From: Patescibacteria group bacterium | Lineage (GTDB): Bacteria; Patescibacteriota; Patescibacteriia; CAIXNZ01 | Assembly (NCBI GenBank): GCA_028714455.1 | Contig: JAQTMG010000001.1 | Location: forward strand, 128,568 to 192,567 | Length of the DNA: 64,000 bases | Reading direction: 5' to 3' | Shown here: positions 20,114 through 28,685 of the stretch, in pieces | Layout of the letters: the number at the start of each line of letters is the position of its first letter | How positions within the stretch are numbered: position 1 is the stretch's first letter | Notes under the pieces: model-generated | Seen by the model: only the letters and a program-made list of their open reading frames with translations | Told to the model about the DNA's origin: nothing | Database searches by the model: none | Made by a program: the position numbers and the translations under genes

Positions 20114-20200
20114 AAATCTGAACTACTAAATAATTAACACGAAAAAACACGAAATTTTAGTGAGTTTGGTGAAAAAAATTTCGTGGTTAATCATTCCAAT

Positions 20201-20635
20201 ATGTCAAACCGCCACCTTTCCCGCACTCTTGCCATGCAGACTTTATATGAGTGGGATTTTAACGGCCAAAAAGAAAAAGATTTAAAAAATCTTCTGGTTT
20301 ATAATCTCGCGGAATTCGCGCCCGGTTTTGATGACAAGGATTTCGCGCAGAACTTGGTGGAGGGCGTGGTAAAAAATATCAAGGAGATTGATGAACTCAT
20401 AAAAAAATATGCGACCGAATGGCCGCTGGAGCAGATTACGGTCGTTGACAGAAACATTTTGAGAATAGGGGTTTATGAATTGAAGATGGATCCGGAGATT
20501 CCTTCCAAGGTGGCGATCAACGAGGCGATTGAAGTGGCTAAGGCCTTTGGCGGTGAATCATCGGGTAAATTCGTGAACGGTGTTTTGGGAGCCATTTACA
20601 AAGAGATGGAAACCAATGGACAGATTAAGGAATAA
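20201..20635 (+). CDS. nusB: transcription antitermination factor NusB
   Basis: [17 protein letters not shown]... with the downstream NusB helical core. The start is ambiguous between the GTG at 20183 and the ATG at 20201. Confidence 0.8.
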   Translation: MSNRHLSRTLAMQTLYEWDFNGQKEKDLKNLLVYNLAEFAPGFDDKDFAQNLVEGVVKNIKEIDELIKKYATEWPLEQITVVDRNILRIGVYELKMDPEIPSKVAINEAIEVAKAFGGESSGKFVNGVLGAIYKEMETNGQIKE

Positions 20636-20708
20636 TTTATTTGGCTCGGAGCCTTGAGCTTAGAGCGTAGAGCTCTTAGCCCATAGCCCCAAGCCCAAAG
20701 CTAATATT

Positions 20709-21401
20709 ATGAGAGATTTTTCCAAGCTGGAAAAAAAATTAAAAGTGAAATTTGAAAATAAGGATCTGATCAGACAGGCCGTTGTTCACCGCTCATATTT
20801 AAACGAGCATCCGGAGTTTGAATTGCCGCATAATGAGCGCTTGGAATTTTTAGGCGATGCCGTTCTGGAGCTGGTCGTCACCGAATATTTATACAAAAAT
20901 TATCCCAACCCGGAAGGTGAATTGACCAACTGGCGCGCGGCCATGGTTAACGCCAAGATGCTCTCGGAAATTGCCAAGGATTTGAACATTGAAGATTTTC
21001 TGTATTTAAGCAAGGGCGAGGCTAAGGACGTAAATTCCAAGGCCCGCCAGATAATTTTGGCCAATGCCATGGAGGCAATCATCGGCGCCATTTATTTGGA
21101 TAAGGATTACGAAGCCGCCAAAAAAATGATTAAAGCGGAGGTAATTGTTAAACTGCCGGGAATTTTAAAACACAAACTTTATCAAGATCCCAAGAGCCGC
21201 TTTCAGGAAATCGCCCAGGACAGGGTCGGGGTAACACCATCATATAAAGTGATCGAAGAGTCGGGGCCAGACCACGCCAAGCACTTCGTGGTCGGAGTAT
21301 TTTTAAAGAAAGAGCTGGTAGCCAAGGGCGAAGGTACTAGCAAACAAGAAGCACAGGTGGCCGCGGCAGCCGAAGGGCTGAAAGCAAAAAATTGGGAATA
21401 A
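20709..21401 (+). CDS. rnc: ribonuclease III
   Basis: The RNase III signature ERLEFLGDAVLELVV and a C-terminal dsRBD are present. Confidence 0.9.
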   Translation: MRDFSKLEKKLKVKFENKDLIRQAVVHRSYLNEHPEFELPHNERLEFLGDAVLELVVTEYLYKNYPNPEGELTNWRAAMVNAKMLSEIAKDLNIEDFLYLSKGEAKDVNSKARQIILANAMEAIIGAIYLDKDYEAAKKMIKAEVIVKLPGILKHKLYQDPKSRFQEIAQDRVGVTPSYKVIEESGPDHAKHFVVGVFLKKELVAKGEGTSKQEAQVAAAAEGLKAKNWE

Positions 21402-21424
21402 AAAAATCGGCTCGTATAAAATAC

Positions 21425-21460
21425 GTAGAGACGCGGTGCACCGCGTCTCTACATTTTTTA
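21425..21460. terminator. perfect 28-bp palindrome gtagagacgcggtg/caccgcgtctctac followed by a T-run; terminator and repeat-family member
   Basis: The same 28-mer recurs at 55729..55756. Confidence 0.7.
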
Positions 21461-21476
21461 AAAATGTGCCGATTTT

Positions 21477-21836
21477 TTATTTATTCTGGTCAATCAATAT
21501 CTGCCAGCCGCGAATGGATCCGCGGTTTTTATATTGTTCTGGCGTCTCGCCCTCAAATTCAATTTCCCAGCGGCAAAATTGCGTTTCGGTAATTTTTAAT
21601 TCCAGATAGGTTGGTATATTAATTTCGGGCAATTCAATCTTCATGCCGATTCTGGCAATTTTGCCCATCACTTTTGTCGAATAATCTTCTACAATTTTCT
21701 CCTCAAAATTTTTCACCCTGGTTCTTTGGCTGCCAGTATATTCATCAATGGCGTGATAAGAATTGATAATCTTTGCCTGCTTGATAATATCCGAGGCTTC
21801 TTGGTTTGTTAAAACGCAACGAAATTCTTGTTTCAT
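21477..21836 (-). CDS. hypothetical protein
   Basis: A 119-aa ORF. Confidence 0.45.
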   Translation of the reverse strand: MKQEFRCVLTNQEASDIIKQAKIINSYHAIDEYTGSQRTRVKNFEEKIVEDYSTKVMGKIARIGMKIELPEINIPTYLELKITETQFCRWEIEFEGETPEQYKNRGSIRGWQILIDQNK

Positions 21837-21998
21837 ATATAATAAATATACAAATTTTTTGCGAATTATACAATAATTTTTTATGTTTAAGATTGACAGA
21901 ATTTTAAAAATGAGTTAATTTTCTATCAATCGTATTCACGGCAGGTCCGAGTTCGTATAGGTGTACGAATAGGGTAGGCCACAAAAAAGGAGGACCAA

Positions 21999-22613
21999 AT
22001 GGTCAGGGAGAAGAGCGATTTTTTGAGTTCTTTCGGTATCGTATTTGAAATTTGGAAAAAGATCGTCAACGCCGTGCAGGACATTGGCGGCACCGACGAT
22101 GATTTGCGCGGCATTCTTACCGAAGACGGTCTGGCCCAGAAATTGGCTGATGTTCTTATGTCGAGTTTACAGATCACCGGACCGTTTGAGACAAAGATCA
22201 ATTATAACCGGTCGCTGGTTGAACTAATCGAAGCCGGCAAATATGACGGCGTTGACCCGGAAATCAATGATCAAAATTTTCCGGTAGTGGGCAATGGCGA
22301 GCATGAAGTGAAATTGTTTTGTGTTCATTTTAAAAAAAGCTGTACAACAGAGGAAGTCTTGGCCTATTTAGTTCAGCATGCCTTACAACCGGCCAAGATC
22401 GAACATCTGCTTGCCGTTGGCGAAACGCACGGGCAAGCCAAGCGTCTTTTGCCCAAACTTATCGCGCTGGGTACTAGCTGGATTGATAGTGAGGGTAGTA
22501 GATTTTTTGTGGGTTTGCAAACTCTGCATGAAGTTTGTAATCTGCGCCTTGCCCTGAATTTTAGTGCCTGGCGCAAAGATTGTTACTTCCTGGCTGTGCG
22601 CGAAGCCGCGTGA
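21999..22613 (+). CDS. hypothetical protein
   Basis: An aaaaaggagg Shine-Dalgarno sequence lies 6 nt upstream. The product is 204 aa. Confidence 0.5.
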   Translation: MVREKSDFLSSFGIVFEIWKKIVNAVQDIGGTDDDLRGILTEDGLAQKLADVLMSSLQITGPFETKINYNRSLVELIEAGKYDGVDPEINDQNFPVVGNGEHEVKLFCVHFKKSCTTEEVLAYLVQHALQPAKIEHLLAVGETHGQAKRLLPKLIALGTSWIDSEGSRFFVGLQTLHEVCNLRLALNFSAWRKDCYFLAVREAA

Positions 22614-22680
22614 ATTATAAATCCCCGTCAACATTCTGGCGGGGATTTTCTTTTGAACACTAAATTTTTTATCACTAATT

Positions 22681-23178
22681 TCACGAATTTGATTTATTAG
22701 TGTTATTCGTGTTTAAAGATTCGTGTTTCAGATATCCGTTGTTCTCATCAAAGAAAAATCTGTATTTGATTTCTTTGCCGGCCAAGGCGTCGGGTAACCA
22801 GTAAATATCGTCTGGCCACATTTTGTCCAGAGGAATTTTATCAATATCCCACCACTGCGGCAATGATTCTTCGCTCTCGCGCATCCTACCGGTAAAATTT
22901 TTGGAGAGAAAAATATGGCAGACCTGATTATTTTCAGGTTTGTGCGGCCAAATAAATTCAATAAACCCAAGATTTTGTAAATTAGCTGGCGTGTAGCCGG
23001 TTTCTTCTTCAACTTCGCGGATAGCGGCTTGTTCTGGGGTTTCGTTTTGTTTTATTTTGCCGCCTGGTCCGTTCCATTTGCCAGCGCCAAAACCGCGCTT
23101 TTTCATAATCAAAAGTACCTGATTTTTATTATTGAGAAGATAACAAAGATTAACAATGTAATTAAATTTGTAGTCCAT
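22681..23178 (-). CDS. NUDIX hydrolase
   Basis: The Nudix box GPGGKIKQNETPEQAAIREVEEETGY is present. Confidence 0.85.
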   Translation of the reverse strand: MDYKFNYIVNLCYLLNNKNQVLLIMKKRGFGAGKWNGPGGKIKQNETPEQAAIREVEEETGYTPANLQNLGFIEFIWPHKPENNQVCHIFLSKNFTGRMRESEESLPQWWDIDKIPLDKMWPDDIYWLPDALAGKEIKYRFFFDENNGYLKHESLNTNNTNKSNS

Positions 23179-23236
23179 ATAGATTTAGTGTAAAGAAAAA
23201 ATCCGCCCCAGTAAAGAGCGGATTTTATTTTTTTGA

Positions 23237-23875
23237 CTATGCTTTGATTTCAGCCAGAGCGACTTTCAAAGTAAAGCGAGAAATTTTCAGTTTTTTTCTC
23301 AATGCCCTGATAGTGGAAGTAGAGACCTGACAGCATTCGGCAATAACAGTGTCTTGCATTCGTCCCAAAAACGGCGTGACTTTGCTTTTCCAATCATGAA
23401 TTTCCTGAAAAGGATAATCAATGTTGTTTTTGGCAAAGGCACTTTTCAGTCCACCGTGGTGAACAATTGCCGAGCGATAGACTGCCGGCTCTTTTTTGGA
23501 AATTTCTTGCGGAGAAAGATGCTGCAGCCCTTCCATTTTATGAAGAGTTTGGCAGTCGCAGAAAAAAGGCAGTTCAACTTCTGTGCCGTGACCGAAGCAG
23601 ATGATGGTCGGCTGGAAGCGGTGACCGCATCCAGAACAAGTCGTGTCAAAGTCATTGATGTCGTGGCTAAAGCCCCTAATAATCTCGGTTGGAGTCAATT
23701 CGCGACCGCAAGCTGGGCAATGAGCCTTTGGCTGGTAACGTTCGCCACCCAGTTGTTCCACGAGTTCGAGCCGAAGAGACAACTGCTGAGATTGGATAGC
23801 ACTTTGTTGCAATGTCAGTGATGTTGCCAGCTTTTTCGTTTGGCGCAAGCTCTGACTTAATCCTAGTCCTATCAT
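23237..23875 (-). CDS. hypothetical protein with a zinc ribbon (CPACG...CSGCGH) and a C-terminal HTH-like segment
   Basis: A 212-aa ORF. The Cys pairs and the motif STSTIRALRKKL are visible. Confidence 0.45.
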   Translation of the reverse strand: MIGLGLSQSLRQTKKLATSLTLQQSAIQSQQLSLRLELVEQLGGERYQPKAHCPACGRELTPTEIIRGFSHDINDFDTTCSGCGHRFQPTIICFGHGTEVELPFFCDCQTLHKMEGLQHLSPQEISKKEPAVYRSAIVHHGGLKSAFAKNNIDYPFQEIHDWKSKVTPFLGRMQDTVIAECCQVSTSTIRALRKKLKISRFTLKVALAEIKA

Positions 23876-23995
23876 TTTTTCCTCCTTTAGTTTTTTGTTT
23901 AAAGTACATTTGTCTTAATATGTTAAATCCTGGCTAGGGAATTGTCGCTTTTTCAATAACTAAGATTATCATTTATTATCGTTTTTGTCAATATT

Positions 23996-24031
23996 AAAAA
24001 AACCGCTCAATTTGCGAGCGGCTTTTTTTAT
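23996..24031. terminator. intrinsic terminator
   Basis: Hairpin ccgctc-aatttgc-gagcgg with a flanking T-run. Confidence 0.65.
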
Positions 24032-24136
24032 CTGGCGAGTTGTTTTGCTTTTCTCAAACGCCATTTCAACTTTGGCAAATGAATGCCTTTGGTTATTTTC
24101 TTTCCCTTAGCCATAATATTTTTTAAAATTATTTAA

Positions 24137-24778
24137 TTAGATTATTAATACAATGCCTTGATCACCGTCCATTTTTATTTGAATCCGCTGCCCGTGTTTT
24201 ATCCTTTCAGTCGCATTGCCAGTCCCGACGATGCAGGGGATGTCAAACTCTCGAGCCAGGATGGCCGGGTGAGAAGCGGCACTGCCGTGATCAGTGATGA
24301 CGGCTTTGATCTTTTTGAAAAATGAAGCGTGCGACGGCTTTAAAAATTTAGTGACCAGAATCTGGCCATCAATTTTTTCCAGATTTTTTGCCTCGGGGTC
24401 CAAAAAAGCCTCGCCCATCATCTCGCCGCCATTTCCGATAATCCCAGTTAGAATTTTATCATCGTCTCCAGTAAGTGATTTGCGCCAGTCGACCTTCTGC
24501 CAATTTTCCAGTGCCGAACTTATCGCCTGATTCAAGTCGATGCCTCGCAAAAGAGAGCAGGCTACCAGTTGGACAAAAATTTGTCCATAAGACATTGCCT
24601 CATCGTTCTTGCTGCCATGCGGCCTGGCGCTTGGGTTTAAATTTTGATCGTGCGTTACATATTTTGCCGCATCACCAATTTCCGAAAGCAATATGTTTAA
24701 TCTAAATTCAATATCCTGACGGTCTTCGCCGACCATCAACTTTTTGATTTCTTCCGCGATATGATTTATTGAATCCAT
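24137..24778 (-). CDS. two-domain protein: MazG-like NTP-pyrophosphohydrolase-like N-terminus fused to a PEP-utilising-enzyme mobile (phosphohistidine) domain
   Basis: The C-terminus reads ITDHGSAASHPAILAREFDIPCIVG, which matches the PEP-utilisers' mobile domain. The N-terminus (EIGDAAKYVTHD...) is MazG-like. The longer ORF reaching 24892 extends into the 512-bp repeat, so the ATG at 24778 (MDSINH) is taken as the start. Confidence 0.55.
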   Translation of the reverse strand: MDSINHIAEEIKKLMVGEDRQDIEFRLNILLSEIGDAAKYVTHDQNLNPSARPHGSKNDEAMSYGQIFVQLVACSLLRGIDLNQAISSALENWQKVDWRKSLTGDDDKILTGIIGNGGEMMGEAFLDPEAKNLEKIDGQILVTKFLKPSHASFFKKIKAVITDHGSAASHPAILAREFDIPCIVGTGNATERIKHGQRIQIKMDGDQGIVLII

Positions 24779-25290
24779 TTGGGCGCTAGTGAACGACGTT
24801 AGAACTAAAAGGGGGGACGCGAGAATGAAAATGTTTGCTAAAGAGCACATGGCACCAGATCTGGAGAACATTAAATTTTTCTTCTCAGACACTCAAAATC
24901 ATTTCCACATTCCTGACCTTGAGAAAATAAAAGGGGGAACGTAAAATGTTTATAACTCCACGATTAGTAAGTCTACAAAATTTAATGCCACTGCCAATGC
25001 AGGTTCTTGTCAGATCTGCATTCAGGAGAATCTTCTTTAGTTTCTAGGTTTAGAATTGTCCTTCGATTGCTTTCGTTGGTGCAAAGATCGTTGCGATTCA
25101 GCGATCGCCTTGAAAAGGTTGACCAGATTAATCCCCATGTCCCAAGCTTCTTGATCGGAAAGCTCTATGTCCAGTTCTTTTTTGCAGATTTGTTTGAGTT
25201 CGTCTATGGCTTCTTGCGTTAGCCCCATATAAATCAATTATATTTGTCTAGGCGGTAAGATTCAATCTTAAGGATACATACTGTGGACAA
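24779..25290. repeat. tandem 512-bp element, copy 1
   Basis: Near-identical to 25291..25802. It begins with ttgggcgc. Confidence 0.85.
25037..25237 (-). CDS. repeat-encoded small ORF (66 aa), duplicated at 25549..25749
   Basis: The ORF is conserved in both copies. It has a non-ATG or internal start and no motif. Confidence 0.25.
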   Translation of the reverse strand: MIYMGLTQEAIDELKQICKKELDIELSDQEAWDMGINLVNLFKAIAESQRSLHQRKQSKDNSKPRN

Positions 25291-25802
25291 TTGGGCGCTA
25301 GTGAACGACGTTAGAACTAAAAGGGGGGACGCGAGAATGAAAATGTTTGCCAAAGAGCGCATGGCACCAGATCTGGAGAGCATTAAATTTTTCTTCTCAG
25401 ACACTCAAAATCATTTCCACATTCCTGACCTTGAGAAAACAAAAGGGGGAACGTAAAATGTTTATAACTCCACGATTAGTAAGTCTACAAAATTTAATGC
25501 CACTGCCAATGCAGGTTCTTGTCAGATCTGCATTCAGGAGAATCTTCTTTAGTTTCTAGGCTTAGAATTGTCCTTCGATTGCTTTTGTTGGTGCAAAGAT
25601 CGTTGCGATTCAGCGACCGCCTTGAAAAGGTTGACCAGATTAATCCCCATGTCCCAAGCTTCTTGATCGGAAAGCTCTATGTCCAGTTCTTTTTTGCAGA
25701 TTTGTTTGAGTTCGTCTATGGCTTCTTGCGTTAGCCCCATATAAATCAATTATATTTGTCTAGGCGGTAAGATTCAATCTTAAGGATACATACTGTGGAC
25801 AA
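25291..25802. repeat. tandem 512-bp element, copy 2
   Basis: Only a few mismatches against copy 1. It is followed directly by ttgggcgc, which starts the tRNA-Lys 3' fragment. Confidence 0.85.
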
Positions 25803-25803
25803 T

Positions 25804-25851
25804 TGGGCGCAGCAGGACTCGAACCTGCGACCGTTTGCTTAAGAGGCAACC
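25804..25851 (-). other. tRNA-Lys(CTT) 3'-half fragment (anticodon arm to acceptor 3' end), att-like remnant
   Basis: The reverse complement reads GGTTGCCTCTTAAGCAA-ACGGTC-GCAGGTTCGAGTCCTGC-TGCGCCC-A. The acceptor 5' strand and D arm are missing and replaced by GC-rich hairpins (25852..25880). Confidence 0.6.
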
Positions 25852-25894
25852 CCGAAGGGGCCCCCTTGGGGCTGCTCTACTAAAAACTAATAAG

Positions 25895-26194
25895 TTAATA
25901 TTTTTTAATTTTTATCGGCAATTTATCTTTTGGGGTATTTTTGATCAATTCGGTTATTTTTATTTTTTCCTGGTATCCATCGGGATGTTTCAGATAAAAT
26001 TCTCTTTTAAAAGCTAAATTTTTATCATTATAAATTTCGTAATACATTAAAACAAAAGGAATACGATATCGAGTTGACTTTACTTTTCCTTTATTATGAT
26101 ATTTCAATAACCTTTCTTGCGGCTTGCCAGAAGTACAGCCGATATAAAATTCATTATCTCTTAAACTTAATAGAAAGTAAACAAAGTATTCCAT
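25895..26194 (-). CDS. GIY-YIG nuclease family protein (paralog of 2882..3181)
   Basis: YFVYFLLS...EFYIGCT...KYHN. The start codon lies 2 nt after the tRNA-Lys 3' end. Confidence 0.7.
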   Translation of the reverse strand: MEYFVYFLLSLRDNEFYIGCTSGKPQERLLKYHNKGKVKSTRYRIPFVLMYYEIYNDKNLAFKREFYLKHPDGYQEKIKITELIKNTPKDKLPIKIKKY

Positions 26195-26195
26195 A

Positions 26196-26269
26196 TGACC
26201 CGGCTGGGATTCGAACCCAGGACCTATTGCTTAAGAGGCAACCGCTCTAGCCAACTGAGCTACCGGGTC
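26196..26269 (-). tRNA. tRNA-Lys (anticodon CTT)
   Basis: The reverse complement reads GACCCGG-TAGCTCAGTTGGCTAGAGC-GTTGC-CTCTTAA-GCAAT-AGGTC-CTGGGTTCGAATCCCAG-CCGGGTC-A. Confidence 0.85.
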
Positions 26270-26279
26270 TGATTCTTAT

Positions 26280-26353
26280 TGCACCCAGAAGGAGTCGAAC
26301 CCTCAACCTCTTGGTTCGAAGCCAAGCACTCTATCCAGTTGAGCTATGGGTGC
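26280..26353 (-). tRNA. tRNA-Arg (anticodon TCG)
   Basis: The reverse complement reads GCACCCA-TAGCTCAACTGGATAGAGT-CTTGG-CTTCGAA-CCAAG-...GGGTTCGACTCC...-TGGGTGC-A. Confidence 0.8.
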
Positions 26354-26521
26354 GCGTTTGAATTTAGCACTCCAGTTGCCTGCCCGCCGAAGCTTTAGCG
26401 CAGGCGGGAGCTATGGGTGCGCGTGATTTGCCTAAAGATATTGAAATTTTAACATAAAAAAGTTTTTTAGTCAATCTCGGCAAGTCGCAAAAACATTATT
26501 TTTCTGCTATAATAAAATAAA

Positions 26522-27091
26522 TTGATTGGGGGTATGATAATAACAACTTTAATTGTTCTACAATATATATTTTTCATAGGCACCCTGGCAATAATGGGCT
26601 ATCTGGCTTTCATTATGTTGAGTTTTAGAAACATGGTGCCGTACGTGCCGACTCCAAAGAGAATTATCTTGAAAATGATTGAGTTGGCGGGCATAAAACC
26701 ACACGAAAGAGTTTGTGATTTGGGATCGGGCACGGGCAGGATTGTTATTCAGATCGCTAAAGAGCATAAAGAAAATTTAGTGGTGGGTATTGAAAAATCT
26801 TTTTTTCTCCGGCTTTTCACGAGGATCAGATTACTTTTTCATCCATTTATAAATAGAAGGATCCAGATTATTAATCAGGATTTTTTTAATATGGAAATTT
26901 TTGATTTCGAAGTGATCTTTTGTTTCTTGACTTCCGAGGCGATGAGGCGACTAACTCCAAAATTTAATAATCTAAAATCTGGTGGCAGAGTTATCTCGTA
27001 TATGTTTCCGATTGAGAACGCCTCTGCTTTCCGAGAGATAACAGAAGCGGTTACGGCGAGCGACAATATATACGTCTATCAAAAAATATAA
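26522..27091 (+). CDS. class I SAM-dependent methyltransferase with an N-terminal TM helix
   Basis: Motif I VCDLGSGTGRIV and an N-terminal hydrophobic segment. Confidence 0.65.
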   Translation: MIGGMIITTLIVLQYIFFIGTLAIMGYLAFIMLSFRNMVPYVPTPKRIILKMIELAGIKPHERVCDLGSGTGRIVIQIAKEHKENLVVGIEKSFFLRLFTRIRLLFHPFINRRIQIINQDFFNMEIFDFEVIFCFLTSEAMRRLTPKFNNLKSGGRVISYMFPIENASAFREITEAVTASDNIYVYQKI

Positions 27092-27110
27092 AATAAATTA
27101 AAACAAAAAT

Positions 27111-27884
27111 ATGCTCCTAGCCAAAAATCTTCAGGACCTAGGCTTGACCGAAAAAGAAGCTCGGTTGTATGTCGCGCTTTCAGAAATGGGAGAGGCGACA
27201 CCGCAGCAGCTTGCGCTCAAGTCCGGGATTAATAGGGCGACGGCCTATGTCACGCTTGACGGCCTTTTGCACAGAGGTCTGGTGAATACCTTGATAAAAC
27301 AAAAAAAAGCGCATTTTTCGATTGAAAGTCCGGCCCAGATCATCAACCTGTTGGAAAAAGAAAGAAAGCAGATCGAAAATAAAATAAATTTGGCGCAAGT
27401 TCTGATGCCCGAGCTGGATATGCTTAATAAGTTGACCACCGAAAGGACGAACGTTAAATTTTTTGAAGGGAAAAGCGGAGTCTTGTTCGTGCAGAAAGAA
27501 ATCGCCAGATCCAAGGCGAAAAAAATCGATGAGATTTTCAATTTAAATATCTGTCTGGATTTTTTTCCGACCAAGCCGAATGATCACAGAAAAACGCTCT
27601 ATCACCGTAAAATTAAAACGAGGTCGATTATAGTTTATGATTCAAGGGAACCGATACTTAAGTTACCATTGCTTTGGCAAGAAGAGCGGCGCTATCTGCC
27701 TTGTGATAAATTTCCATTTTATTCAGACATAGTTTTTTATAGAGACAAAGCCGCTATACTTTCTCTCAAAGATAATTTTGTCGGAGTGATTATCGGCAAC
27801 AAAGCCATAGTCGATGGGTTAAAGACGTTGTTTGAGCTCGCCTGGCAGGGAGCCGAGCCGTATAAAATAGAATTAAGCGAATGA
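27111..27884 (+). CDS. TrmB-family transcriptional regulator
   Basis: The N-terminal winged HTH reads LGLTEKEARLYVALSEMGEATPQQLALKSGINRATAYVTLDGLLHRGLV. Confidence 0.7.
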   Translation: MLLAKNLQDLGLTEKEARLYVALSEMGEATPQQLALKSGINRATAYVTLDGLLHRGLVNTLIKQKKAHFSIESPAQIINLLEKERKQIENKINLAQVLMPELDMLNKLTTERTNVKFFEGKSGVLFVQKEIARSKAKKIDEIFNLNICLDFFPTKPNDHRKTLYHRKIKTRSIIVYDSREPILKLPLLWQEERRYLPCDKFPFYSDIVFYRDKAAILSLKDNFVGVIIGNKAIVDGLKTLFELAWQGAEPYKIELSE

Positions 27885-27885
27885 A

Positions 27886-27926
27886 AAAACCCAAAGAGTA
27901 CTTTGGGTTTATAGATTCTTTTTTAG
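27886..27926 (+). terminator. intrinsic terminator
   Basis: Hairpin cccaaag-agta-ctttggg followed by T-rich sequence. Confidence 0.6.
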
Positions 27927-28632
27927 GCGTTTATAAAGCTGGTCAATCTAGATATTGGCAGCTTAATCGATCCAAAAGCGAGTGTCTATGGATTCAGATA
28001 AATTATTTTCTCAAATAAAGCCGTAGCTTTTTTAGAAAACGAAAAATACGAAAAATATTTGGTAAGCAGCCATCAGTTCTGTTTTGCTCAAGATAGTATA
28101 AAAGGATGACTCTTATAAACGAGCAGGATCCGATCTTTTTACGATAATTTCCTTGGCGAGCACAGAAATTTTTTTGAAACCATAGTAATCGAAACTTGCG
28201 TTCCTAGGAGCTCTCATTATCCAATGGATAAAGTAGCTCTTGCTAGCCGCCAGCTTCGCAGTGGGCAACAGGGCGCAGAAAATATCTGTGCGCCCGAGCA
28301 AAGTTCAGCAATTTCCCCCTATTTTTTGGAAATTTAGTGCCGAACTTATCTGTCAAAACTATGCTATCCATTTTAATCCTCCAATCGGTACCGAGCGCCG
28401 CAGTTTCGCGCTCATTGTTAGTCGCTGGTTGTTTCATGGTTTACGGCCGGTATATGATGGCAGGTCGCCTAAAAAGGATGTAAAGAACAGTGTTGTATCT
28501 TAATTATATCATTTTTTTATAACGGTGGCTGTTTATAAGCTTGTTAAAACTTTTTGACAAATTATTGATTTAAATCAATTTGGAAACAAGGTTTTTCTCT
28601 TATCGTTATCGATCGTTGACACCCAATATCAT

Positions 28633-28661
28633 TTGCTTGAGTTCGAAAATTTTATTATAAT
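28633..28661 (+). promoter_or_regulatory. sigma70-like promoter (TTGCTT-17-TATAAT) for the hsp20 gene
   Basis: Hexamers read directly from the sequence. Confidence 0.4.
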
Positions 28662-28685
28662 GTTTAATGAAGACAATTAAATCAC

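Noticed and set aside
25805-25880. A complete fifth tRNA
   Set aside because: Only the anticodon-arm-to-3'-end half is tRNA-like. The 5' acceptor strand and D arm are absent, so it is called a fragment.
27927-28632. tmRNA, RNase P RNA or SRP RNA in the ORF-poor tract
   Set aside because: The conserved strings expected were not seen: no GGTTCGA T-loop, no AAGTCCGG P4 strand and no SRP domain-IV GGAAGCAGC context. It is left as unassigned.
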